A stretch of DNA of 56,984 nucleotides from a virus (Duplodnaviria; Caudoviricetes): IMG/VR virus record IMGVR_UViG_3300021057_000013, positions 1 to 56,984 of that record. The stretch is one strand, 5' to 3'. A program made the position numbers and the translations under genes. Within the stretch, counting starts at the first letter, position 1; each line of letters opens with the position of its first letter. This document shows, one piece after another, positions 47,125 to 54,847 of this stretch. The notes beneath the pieces were generated by a model. The model ran no database searches. It saw only the letters and a list, made by a program, of their open reading frames with translations, and had not been told where the DNA came from.

Positions 47125-47741
47125 GCGTCTGACGCCTCCTGGCTCAGCAGGTACTGCAGGGCTTCCTCTTTGGAGTCGAGGCCCTGGGCTTCGGCGATGT
47201 CGTCCAGGGCCTGGCTGACGGCCAGAAACTCATCCTTGCTGAACTTGAGCTTGAGCTCCATGATGTCCTCAAAGGAATCGAGATCCAGCTCTTTGTTCTT
47301 GTCGCCGAAGCTGGACTCAGCATCCCAGTTTGGGACATCCAGGCCCCACTCGGCCAGCTGCTCGGCATTCCAGTCATTCGCCAGCAGATCCCAATCCCAA
47401 TCGCCGTTGGCGATGTTATCCCGGATCATGATCTCGCGCTCGCGCTCCTCGCTGAGCCCCGGCAGCAGGGCCGTCGGAACGTCCTTGATGCCGATATCGC
47501 GGGCCGCCTCGTAGCGCTGGTTCCCCGCGATGATAATCAGCTCGCCGGTTCGGTCGCTCAAAATGATCGGCCGGGCCTCGAAGTAATCGGGGTTCTCGCG
47601 GATAGACTGCACCAGCTTTTTAAAGCTCGCGTCCTTGATCGTGCGCGGGTTCTGCGGGTGTTTCTTCAGCGTGGCCAGCGGCCGGTACTGAATCACAGCG
47701 GCTTTAACCTCGCCTGCGGGTGCGGCGGCTTTTGCTTTCAT
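47121..47741 (-). CDS. ParB/Srx-like N-terminal domain protein
   Basis: LKKHPQNPRTI...RPIIL...IIAGNQRYEA...IRDN; common upstream of phage MTase/terminase. Confidence 0.85.
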   Translation of the reverse strand: MKAKAAAPAGEVKAAVIQYRPLATLKKHPQNPRTIKDASFKKLVQSIRENPDYFEARPIILSDRTGELIIIAGNQRYEAARDIGIKDVPTALLPGLSEEREREIMIRDNIANGDWDWDLLANDWNAEQLAEWGLDVPNWDAESSFGDKNKELDLDSFEDIMELKLKFSKDEFLAVSQALDDIAEAQGLDSKEEALQYLLSQEASDA

Positions 47742-48250
47742 GCGCTGGCAGGCTCGCTTTCGGGCTCAGGCGGATCGTTTTTGAAGAGCACCAGGCGCTG
47801 AAACGCGCGGCCGAGCACCTCAAGCGAGGCCTCGTAATGCAGCTCGGGCTTGACCTTGGGCATCAGCTCATTCTTGGCCCAGTGGGGCTGCTCGAGCTTC
47901 AGCAGCGTGCGGATGACATACTCATGCCAGCCCTGCACCCCCATCCCGCCGACCTGGACCTTGATCCGGCGCAGGTGCAGAATCACCTCTTCCATCTGCC
48001 CATGGGTCACATCCGCCTGCAGGGATTTGCCTTGCGGGACGAGATGCGGCATGGGGATCGCCTTGTCGTGGCCATCGTGCCGCAGCGGCAGGCCGTCGAT
48101 GGCGACCGCGCCGGGCACCGCGGCCTCATCCGAGCGCTTGAGCGCACCGGAATAGAACGCACGGGTCAGAGTGATCAGCTGGCCGCGATCGACATGCTCC
48201 CAGAGGGGCAGAGAGGAGAGAGGCTTGGTCTTTTTTGCTCTATGGGCCAT
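47738..48250 (-). CDS. Hypothetical protein, first gene after late promoter 1
   Basis: ATG 9 nt after the -10 element (near-leaderless); ATGA coupling downstream. Confidence 0.65.
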   Translation of the reverse strand: MAHRAKKTKPLSSLPLWEHVDRGQLITLTRAFYSGALKRSDEAAVPGAVAIDGLPLRHDGHDKAIPMPHLVPQGKSLQADVTHGQMEEVILHLRRIKVQVGGMGVQGWHEYVIRTLLKLEQPHWAKNELMPKVKPELHYEASLEVLGRAFQRLVLFKNDPPEPESEPASA

Positions 48251-48251
48251 T

Positions 48252-48353
48252 CTATCTTGACGATAGCACAGGGCTGCGGGCTCTCAAGGGCGCTCAGCGC
48301 GGGCTTGAGCAGGCTCTCAAGAAAAGGGGCCGATTCCTTGAGCAGGCTCTCAA
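48252..48353 (-). promoter_or_regulatory. Putative late promoter 1 with TTGAGAGCCTGCTCAA boxes at 33-bp period
   Basis: TTGAGA-16 bp-TATCGT-CAAGATAG; identical boxes at 48305-48320 and 48338-48353. Confidence 0.75.
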
Positions 48354-48895
48354 ACGGCGACCAGCTCGCCATACGTGATCCCCTCGGGGGTGTAGATCAA
48401 TTCGGTCGGGGCGAGCTGCAGATCCAGCAGCCAGGCGTCGCCCTGGCGGGTCAGATCGCCGCGGCGCAGCTTGCAGCTTTTCAGGGTCTGGTAATCCTCG
48501 GGCCGGGGCAGATCGAAGGGCAGCAGGACACGCTCGGACAGCTGGCGCTCGGGCAGCAGCAGGGAGATGCTGAACTGCCGGCCCTTGATGCTCAGGCCGT
48601 TGTCGTAGTAGACCAGCTTTTGCGGGGCCAGCGGGCCGCTGACGATGGCGAGATCGTAGGAGGCCTTGCGGTAGGTGGCAACCGTACTGATCGCGACCGA
48701 GCAGAGCGGCCCGCTGAGGTAGGTCTCGCGGCGAGCGCGGCCGTACATCTGGGCGCGGATCTGGAAGACATCCAGCAGATGGGCGGGCGCCTGGGCATGG
48801 ATCCAGCCGCAGATCCGCGCAAACTCGTCCAGCGTCGCGGCCAGGGCCTTCTCAGTCTCGGCGTCAGGAAGCAGGCGGGCTTGCAAGTGGATCAT
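48350..48895 (-). CDS. TnpB/Cas12f-like N-terminal (WED-REC) protein lacking RuvC
   Basis: LQARLLPDAE...TLDEFARICGWI...LSGPLCSVAISTVATY...LVYYDNGLSIKG...RGDLTRQGDAWLL tracks the IS605 TnpB N-half; ends where GVDLG would begin; SD AAGGAG. Confidence 0.65.
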   Translation of the reverse strand: MIHLQARLLPDAETEKALAATLDEFARICGWIHAQAPAHLLDVFQIRAQMYGRARRETYLSGPLCSVAISTVATYRKASYDLAIVSGPLAPQKLVYYDNGLSIKGRQFSISLLLPERQLSERVLLPFDLPRPEDYQTLKSCKLRRGDLTRQGDAWLLDLQLAPTELIYTPEGITYGELVAV

Positions 48896-49304
48896 GGTGG
48901 TCTTTGTCTCCTTGGGGCGATAATGAAACGCTGAATCTCTGCATCAAAATGGCGCGGGAAACAGATTTCCCGCGCCAGGTCGGGTGCTCTTCCTGCCAAA
49001 AGGCGAGCAGCTCCTCAACAATCGATTGAACATGGGCTTTAGAGGCGCGCATTCTGGCCCTAAGAAGGTAGGAGTTTTGAATTTCAGCCTGACAAGCCAG
49101 GCGCCGATCATCGGGAGTGAGAAAAACAGCCTGCAGCCGAAGATAGCGCCGGCCATGCCGCTTGATTCGGCTGGCCTTCCATGTCCACCGCTTCACATCG
49201 GCAATAGCATTCAACTGCGGGTCATCGTTTATAAATCCAGAAATCTCTTCGGGTAACAGGAGCTTGAGATTGGTGATAGGAAGCACCGGCTGGCCTTCGC
49301 TCAT
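48864..49304 (-). CDS. Hypothetical basic protein
   Basis: ATGA coupling; lower GC. Confidence 0.55.
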   Translation of the reverse strand: MSEGQPVLPITNLKLLLPEEISGFINDDPQLNAIADVKRWTWKASRIKRHGRRYLRLQAVFLTPDDRRLACQAEIQNSYLLRARMRASKAHVQSIVEELLAFWQEEHPTWRGKSVSRAILMQRFSVSLSPQGDKDHHDPLASPPAS

Positions 49305-49756
49305 GACGGCACCTCGGCCGCCTGGGGATCGCGCGGCGCCGGCAGGGTCAGGGTGATCACCAGCCGCTCGGGGCCGTCCTTATGAACGGCCAGCGCCTGC
49401 AGCATCGCCAGCGCGAGATCGATCGCGGCAGCCGGCCCGCCCTGCGCTTCGGCCGTCCGGCAGGCCGTTTCAATTTCGGCGGCGAGAGCCTGCAGGCCCT
49501 CGCGGATCTGGATCGAGGCCGTATGGGGATCCGGCCGCAGTACTGGCTCGGCGCGAAAGCCTTCCTTGCCGGCCTGGCCGGGCCAGCACTCCACGGCATT
49601 GTAGCCGCGGGGATCGAAGTGAATAAACACGCCCTTGAACAGCTTTACATCCAGGCTGCAGTGCCGGCAGATCAGGGGCTCGCGGCCCTGGTAGGGCACG
49701 AAGCCGATAGCATGATAGGCATCGCTATACGGGCTGGGATCGGCGATCTGGCTCAT
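49301..49756 (-). CDS. Hypothetical protein with CxxC
   Basis: ATGA coupling at both ends. Confidence 0.6.
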   Translation of the reverse strand: MSQIADPSPYSDAYHAIGFVPYQGREPLICRHCSLDVKLFKGVFIHFDPRGYNAVECWPGQAGKEGFRAEPVLRPDPHTASIQIREGLQALAAEIETACRTAEAQGGPAAAIDLALAMLQALAVHKDGPERLVITLTLPAPRDPQAAEVPS

Positions 49757-50085
49757 GGCGTATCCTCGGGCAGCGGGGAATACGGCAGCGAGCGATAGGC
49801 TGGGCCTTTGCCGAGATCCTCAAAGAAGGAGTTCGGGAGACGAAAGCGGCCATAATCGGCATCGGTCATCACAGGGCGAGCCGGCTCCTCCCAGCGCTGC
49901 CGGGGTGTCGGCGTTTCCAGCCGGGGCACGGGCTGGCCGGCGCGCTGCTGCAGCTGCTCGGCCGTCTCGGCGACCATTCCGCCGAAGCAGTAGCGGGAGC
50001 CGGTATTGCTGTGCAGGAAGATCGCCGGCTCGAGCTTCAGCGGCTCGATCGGCTGCTCGCAGTGGGCGCAGAGGGCAGCACTCAT
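49753..50085 (-). CDS. Hypothetical protein with CxxC
   Basis: ATGA coupling; CAHC..H..C pattern like its neighbour. Confidence 0.6.
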   Translation of the reverse strand: MSAALCAHCEQPIEPLKLEPAIFLHSNTGSRYCFGGMVAETAEQLQQRAGQPVPRLETPTPRQRWEEPARPVMTDADYGRFRLPNSFFEDLGKGPAYRSLPYSPLPEDTP

Positions 50086-50306
50086 TTTCGGTACATGCCC
50101 AGCAGCATATAGAAAGCAAAGAGCGGCACGACAAGGAAGATCAGGGACAGCGCCCAGGCCCAGCCCGTGAGATGGAGCTTGTACAGCTCTGCCCGCGTCA
50201 GGCTGAGCTCGCCGCGCTTGATCTGCTCATCGATCGCCATCGCTTTGCTGCGGAAGGCTTCCGCTTCGGTGAACAGGCGCATAACTCGCTCAGGGGTGGG
50301 GATCAC
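50082..50306 (-). CDS. Small membrane protein
   Basis: SD GAGGAG, GTGA overlap; C-terminal TM segment. Confidence 0.55.
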   Translation of the reverse strand: MIPTPERVMRLFTEAEAFRSKAMAIDEQIKRGELSLTRAELYKLHLTGWAWALSLIFLVVPLFAFYMLLGMYRK

Positions 50307-50464
50307 GGCCCTTTGCTCCTCTCTGCCGGCGCAGCCAAAAGCAGAGAGCCACAAGGAACATGCGTAGCCTTGTAGGCTTCGGCAGCATAGTAGACCGACC
50401 CGAAGAAGGCGGCCGCGATGACCATCACCTTCATATAGCCCCAATACGAATCATTCAAATTCAT
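50303..50464 (-). CDS. 53-aa membrane peptide MNLNDSYWGYMKVMVIAAAFFGSVYY...
   Basis: Translated by hand; abuts the upstream stop and overlaps the next start. Confidence 0.5.
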   Translation of the reverse strand: MNLNDSYWGYMKVMVIAAAFFGSVYYAAEAYKATHVPCGSLLLAAPAERSKGP

Positions 50465-50674
50465 CTACCTCATCTCCTCTTCTGCCGCCGCCATGATCTC
50501 GGGAAGTCTGGCCATCTGCCCGAGCGAATCGCCGAACTCGCGAGCCTCCGACAGACTCAGATCTATCTCGATCGTCAGGCGCAGAAAGGGCCTGACAGAA
50601 TCGCCGGTCTTCACCGAGAAGCGAACACCATCGCCGGTTTCCAGGCTGTGCTGAATCAGCTTCTCGATGCTCAC
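50465..50674 (-). CDS. Hypothetical protein
   Basis: GTGA coupling to the glycosyltransferase stop. Confidence 0.55.
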   Translation of the reverse strand: MSIEKLIQHSLETGDGVRFSVKTGDSVRPFLRLTIEIDLSLSEAREFGDSLGQMARLPEIMAAAEEEMR

Positions 50675-52254
50675 GGCGGGCTATCCTTTCCGGCCAGAAT
50701 CTGCTCATAGGCTCGCTCGAGACTGCCGACGAAGGCGCCGGCATCGAAGATGGGCGAGCGGCTGATCTGCTGCCGAATGTGCTGCCGGATGGCCAGCCGC
50801 TTGCTGCCGTCGAGCGCGCCGACCGCCAGGCCGAGATGCACGGCCAGGCGCACATAGTCTTCCGGGGTCGCGGCGACGTACTCGCCGAGATCGGCCGCGC
50901 GCAGGATCGAGACGCTGGTATTGATGCCCCCGGCATCGCAGGCAATCAGCGGGCAGCCCATGTAGAGCGCTTCCGAGCTGGTGACGCCGCCTTGGTAGGG
51001 GAAGGGATCCAGGGCGATATCGACGCCGTGATACCACTCCATGAACTCCCGCCGGCTGCCGGCTCCCGCGCCGAGAATCCGGGTCGGGTCGATGCCGTGA
51101 TCGGCGAAGCGGGCTTTCAGTTTCTCCAGAATCTCAGGGTCGCTCAGGGCCTTGGCGCGAAGCGAGAGGAGAGAGGAGGGGATCAGGCGCAGGATGTGGG
51201 CCCAGCATTCGATCACGGTGTCGTTCAGCTTGAAGAGGCTGTTGGCGCTGCCGAAGACGACGGCCGCGCGATCGGGCACCTGCAGCGGCAACTCGGGCTC
51301 GGGCCGATAGAACATATTGCTGGGAATGCGGGCCAGGCGCTCGGGGATCAGGTGGGCCTGATGATCGGGGATCATAGCATCATCCAGCAGGACATAGTCG
51401 ATCGCCGGGTGGGCAATCGGCGTGATGAAGCCCAGGCCCGTGGCAATCCGGGGCGCGGGCTTGCGGGCGAGCAGGGGCAGGCGATGGCCCGAGCTGTAAC
51501 CGCTGAGATCGACCAGCAGATCAAGCTTGTGCTGGCGCATCAGCAGCTCAGCGGCGCGATCGGTGCGGCGGGAGATGTCGTAAAAGCGGTGCTCAGTCTT
51601 CAGGCGCGCGGTCAGATCGTCGGGTTTGTCGGTGTTGGAGTAGAGAAAGAGCTCGAAGCGCTCGCGGTCGTAATGCTGAAAGAGCGGCTCGAGCAGGACC
51701 ATGACCGTATGCCGGTTGAAATCGGCCGAGAGGTAGCCGAGCCGGATCTTGCGATCCCGCGGCGCTGGCGGCAGCACCCAGGGGCGGATCGGGCGGCTCA
51801 GGCGCTGGCGGCAAAAATCGCGCATCTCGGCGGCGAAGGCCGGCAGGGTGCGCAGCGTCGTGGCGGTGAAGACCAGCTCGGCATGGGCGGCCAGCGTCGC
51901 GGCGCGATCCCCGCTGCGCTGGAGCAGGGCGACGGCCTCACGCTTCAGGCGCAGCCCGCGCTCGGGCTCCAGCGTGTCGCCGTAGACATTGGCCAGGTTG
52001 CCCAGGGCCTGGGCCTGGTCGGGATCGAGCGTCAGCGCGCGCCGGTAGCAGCGGATCGCCTGGCCGAGCTTCCAGTTCTGCTGGTAGATCGCGCCGAGGT
52101 TCGTCCAGGTGTTCGCATCCTCGTGGTAGTTCAGGGCTTCGGTGTAGGCCGTGATCGCTGCGTTCCAATCGCCGGCTTCGAAGGCCGCCGCGCCGCGGGC
52201 ATAGGCGGCAGCATGGGCGGCCGGGATCGCTTTGGCGGGCAGGTAGAGCGTCAT
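50671..52254 (-). CDS. TPR-containing GT41 glycosyltransferase (OGT/SPINDLY-like)
   Basis: TPRs (WTNLGAIY...AIRCYRRALTLDPD..ALGNLANVY); RLGYLSADFNRH, DLLVDLSG, ARKPAP, FGSANSLFKL, DIALDPFPYQGGVTSSEALYMG; start MTLYLPA. Confidence 0.92.
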   Translation of the reverse strand: MTLYLPAKAIPAAHAAAYARGAAAFEAGDWNAAITAYTEALNYHEDANTWTNLGAIYQQNWKLGQAIRCYRRALTLDPDQAQALGNLANVYGDTLEPERGLRLKREAVALLQRSGDRAATLAAHAELVFTATTLRTLPAFAAEMRDFCRQRLSRPIRPWVLPPAPRDRKIRLGYLSADFNRHTVMVLLEPLFQHYDRERFELFLYSNTDKPDDLTARLKTEHRFYDISRRTDRAAELLMRQHKLDLLVDLSGYSSGHRLPLLARKPAPRIATGLGFITPIAHPAIDYVLLDDAMIPDHQAHLIPERLARIPSNMFYRPEPELPLQVPDRAAVVFGSANSLFKLNDTVIECWAHILRLIPSSLLSLRAKALSDPEILEKLKARFADHGIDPTRILGAGAGSRREFMEWYHGVDIALDPFPYQGGVTSSEALYMGCPLIACDAGGINTSVSILRAADLGEYVAATPEDYVRLAVHLGLAVGALDGSKRLAIRQHIRQQISRSPIFDAGAFVGSLERAYEQILAGKDSPP

Positions 52255-52520
52255 GTCAGCAGGCCTTCCTTTTCCATCGCTTCGCCGACCACCTCGGCCC
52301 ACCAGATCTCCCCGCCGCGGGCAGCATCGGATTTGGCCGCGGCAGCGATCCGGGCCAGCTTGCCCTCGGCGGCTTCGGCGCGGGCGGTCATTGCCTCCAG
52401 CTGCTCGGCCAGCGCCTGCAGCTCGATCCGCAACGGATGCCGCTGCTCCAGCTCCTGCAGGCTGGTCTGCAGGGTGTCGGGCAGGTTGTGCAGAATCGGG
52501 CGGATCGGATCCCGGCTCAT
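52251..52520 (-). CDS. Coiled-coil hypothetical protein
   Basis: ATGA coupling at both ends. Confidence 0.6.
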   Translation of the reverse strand: MSRDPIRPILHNLPDTLQTSLQELEQRHPLRIELQALAEQLEAMTARAEAAEGKLARIAAAAKSDAARGGEIWWAEVVGEAMEKEGLLT

Positions 52521-52798
52521 AGGCGGCCTGCTTGCTCGAGCAGATACCGGACCCGGCCGGCCTGCTGGATCGGCGGGTGCTGGCTGGTAACGGCTTTTTC
52601 AATATCATGCAGCAGGACCCAGGCCTCGATCAGGTAGCGCTCGAAAACCCGCGCGCGCTCCTCGGCCGAGATCTGGATCGCGGCAGGCATGGAAAACATC
52701 AGGGGCCGGCCGTCGGCGGTTTCGGCGTGCAAAACGATCACATCCGGATTCAAGGGTGAAATGATTTCACCTTTGACCTGGGCTTGGCGATCGCTCAT
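52517..52798 (-). CDS. Hypothetical protein
   Basis: ATGA coupling; contains palindrome copy 3. Confidence 0.6.
   Translation of the reverse strand: MSDRQAQVKGEIISPLNPDVIVLHAETADGRPLMFSMPAAIQISAEERARVFERYLIEAWVLLHDIEKAVTSQHPPIQQAGRVRYLLEQAGRL
52752..52774. promoter_or_regulatory. 23-bp palindrome AAGGGTGAAAT-G-ATTTCACCTTT (copy 3, intragenic)
   Basis: One arm mismatch relative to copy 1. Confidence 0.75.
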
Positions 52799-53040
52799 GC
52801 GGCTACCCGGTTATTGCAATTCATCGATTCCCTCACCAAATGAGAAAATCGATTAATAATCAGGGTTATTAGATCTGAAATTTGAAAGCCGCATGACATC
52901 AGGGTTTCAAAATTGATCCGCCAACTTAACAATTCTTTATCAAAACCGGGGGTACGGATGTCACAGACGGAAGCGGGCGAAAGCGGTATACTTTCCCGCC
53001 CGAAAATTGCATAGATCTTGGCCTTGAGAGGATGTGCCAC
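52795..53040 (-). CDS. Low-GC hypothetical protein
   Basis: Stop overlaps the next ATG; start uncertain. Confidence 0.4.
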   Translation of the reverse strand: MAHPLKAKIYAIFGRESIPLSPASVCDIRTPGFDKELLSWRINFETLMSCGFQISDLITLIINRFSHLVRESMNCNNRVAA

Positions 53041-53212
53041 GCCAGACGCCTTACCGAGTGATGCCTCTAGTTTATCACCGTTTTGTCAAAAGTGTACCCG
53101 CCGTACCCAAATACATCATTTCACTCAGTTATTGATAAGATTGATGGTGACTGGCTTTGACACTTCCGGGCGAAGCGCTTGTGCTTGTCAATGCATGGCA
53201 GAGGAGAGAAAC

Positions 53213-53242
53213 GAAAAAGGCCCCGGAGTTATCCGGGGCCTT
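53213..53242 (-). terminator. Intrinsic terminator
   Basis: AAGGCCCCGGA-N4-TCCGGGGCCTT followed by a T tract on the - strand. Confidence 0.8.
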
Positions 53243-53256
53243 GTCTGGTGCGTGAA

Positions 53257-53454
53257 TCAGGGAGCGAGCCCGCAGCGCTGGCGAACCCAGGCCGAGAGGC
53301 GCAGGCCCTCGGCGGCGGCGGCGGCTTCCAGTTGGGTCTTTTCGGCCTGGGTGACGCGAAAGCCAATTACAGGATCTTTACGCTCGGCTTTATTGGCTTT
53401 GGCGGCGCGCTGATTGCCCGGCTCAGCGCCGCGCCTGCTGGTCTGATTGGCCAT
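53257..53454 (-). CDS. Ribbon-helix-helix (MobC/CopG-like) protein
   Basis: IGFRVTQAEKTQLEAAAAAEGLRLSAWVR; TAATG coupling. Confidence 0.75.
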   Translation of the reverse strand: MANQTSRRGAEPGNQRAAKANKAERKDPVIGFRVTQAEKTQLEAAAAAEGLRLSAWVRQRCGLAP

Positions 53455-53744
53455 TATTCGCTGATCCACTTGCTGGTAGCGCCGCTCAGCTTGGCGACGG
53501 CTTCGGCGGAAAGCTCGAACCGCTTGGAGCCACCGGCCCAAGCCAGGACGCCGCTCATGCCGGCTTCGCGAGGATTCACCACCTTGGGAAGGCCGTTCCA
53601 AAGATCGCGGGGGTTGAAGGACTCGGCAGAATTGATGCGGAAAGAGCCGTTATCGAACTCGGCCGCGAACCGGGCGCGCACGGAGGGGCGGTATTCAGTG
53701 CTGCCGGCGGGGTGGATTTCAGCGGTCCCGATCAGATTGTTCAT
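53454..53744 (-). CDS. Hypothetical protein
   Basis: SD AAAGGAG before MNNLIG; own promoter. Confidence 0.7.
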   Translation of the reverse strand: MNNLIGTAEIHPAGSTEYRPSVRARFAAEFDNGSFRINSAESFNPRDLWNGLPKVVNPREAGMSGVLAWAGGSKRFELSAEAVAKLSGATSKWISE

Positions 53745-53791
53745 GGTGTTTTGTCTCCTTTGATTCGGGCTCTCGTCCCGTCCATAATTCA

Positions 53792-53820
53792 ATTAAAACA
53801 CAGCCTATCTGATTTGTCAA
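53792..53820 (-). promoter_or_regulatory. Near-consensus sigma70 promoter
   Basis: TTGACA-17 bp-TTTAAT with extended TG. Confidence 0.75.
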
Positions 53821-53916
53821 ACAAAACAGAAAAGGTTTTTCTGAATCATAGCCGGATCGTTTCGCCTCAGAGTGTCACCAGGCTATCACGCCGACCTGAC
53901 AGATCCGGTCAGGTGC

Positions 53917-54384
53917 TCAGGCCAGGAACAGCCGCACGCCGAGGGCCTGGCCGAGCGCCTGCAGGTACTCATGCCGGGGATGGGTACGCCGGCCGAGCTC
54001 CAGCGATTTGACATAATCCATGCTGGTATCCGAAACCTCTCCGAGATGGGCCTGGCTCCAGCCGTGCCCGACGCGCAGCAGCTCCAGCGAGCGCGGGGTG
54101 AACTGGCACAGGGGCGGGGCGCCAGGGCTCGGCGGCAGCTGCTGCAGCGGCCAGATGCTCCAGATATTCCCGATCCGCTCGCGCATGCCATCGGTCACGC
54201 TGGCCTCGCCGCTGAGCAGCTTGCGGGCCAGGGACCGGGACTTGCGCAGCAGCGGGGCCAGGGCGCGGGCATCGATCCGCGCGGCCTGGCAGAGCAGGCG
54301 CAGCGTGTGCGCGTCGAGCTCCAGCCAGAAGGGATCGCCCGCGCAGGGAGCCCACTGGAGCCGCTTATAAATGTCGTCGCTCAT
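53917..54384 (-). CDS. Tandem XRE-like HTH protein
   Basis: GWSQAHLGEVSDTSMDYVKSLELGR plus an N-terminal HTH-like segment. Confidence 0.7.
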   Translation of the reverse strand: MSDDIYKRLQWAPCAGDPFWLELDAHTLRLLCQAARIDARALAPLLRKSRSLARKLLSGEASVTDGMRERIGNIWSIWPLQQLPPSPGAPPLCQFTPRSLELLRVGHGWSQAHLGEVSDTSMDYVKSLELGRRTHPRHEYLQALGQALGVRLFLA

Positions 54385-54433
54385 TCTTTCAGTCTGCCAG
54401 AGCCCGGCGCCGGATGCCGTGACAGAATCCCAA

Positions 54434-54847
54434 TCAGGTGATCGCCTTGGAGTCGGTGACGACAGCCGTAGCGACCGGCCCCACTTGCTGGCGCAGCAGC
54501 TTTACTGTCTGCTCGATCGCATCCACTCGCCGCAGCATCCGCTCGCTTAGCTCGTCAGCAATAGGCAGGGATGCTGGCAACTCGACCGTTGCCGTCTCAA
54601 CAGGGTCCGGTCCATAGCCCATGATGGCCAGCGTGCCGCAGAGGGCATGCTTGATCACGAAGTCGGCATGGCCGGTGTGGCCGTGCCCCATCACCGAGAT
54701 CTCCAGATAGTCCGTCTGCAACTCCTGCGCCCGCTTCAGGTGCCAGGCCGCCCGAATCAGACCGGGGCCGTAGTGGCGCAGCGCCTTCGATCCTTCCTCA
54801 GAGACCTGATCGCAGGCAGGGCAGTGGAGATAGTAGGTTGTGCTCAT
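54434..54847 (-). CDS. Hypothetical protein (MSTTYYLHCPAC)
   Basis: ATGA coupling. Confidence 0.6.
   Translation of the reverse strand: MSTTYYLHCPACDQVSEEGSKALRHYGPGLIRAAWHLKRAQELQTDYLEISVMGHGHTGHADFVIKHALCGTLAIMGYGPDPVETATVELPASLPIADELSERMLRRVDAIEQTVKLLRQQVGPVATAVVTDSKAIT

Noticed and set aside
47121-47741. ParB partition protein of a ParABS system
   Set aside because: Only the ParB/Srx N-terminal domain is evident, with no HTH or parA; this type is common beside phage methyltransferase and terminase genes
48272-48353. Mini-CRISPR array next to a Cas12-like gene (16-bp repeat, 17-bp spacers, 33-bp period)
   Set aside because: Only two full repeats, too short for CRISPR; the third unit is a -35 element, and the same boxes recur at 24.4 kb with different spacing, which fits operators better. 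Small-RNA-seq would settle it.
52255-52608. Long N-terminal extensions given by the ORF track (GT41 from 52608; likewise 15785, 19798, 37426)
   Set aside because: They overlap better-supported upstream genes; internal starts with SD or stop-start coupling were used instead
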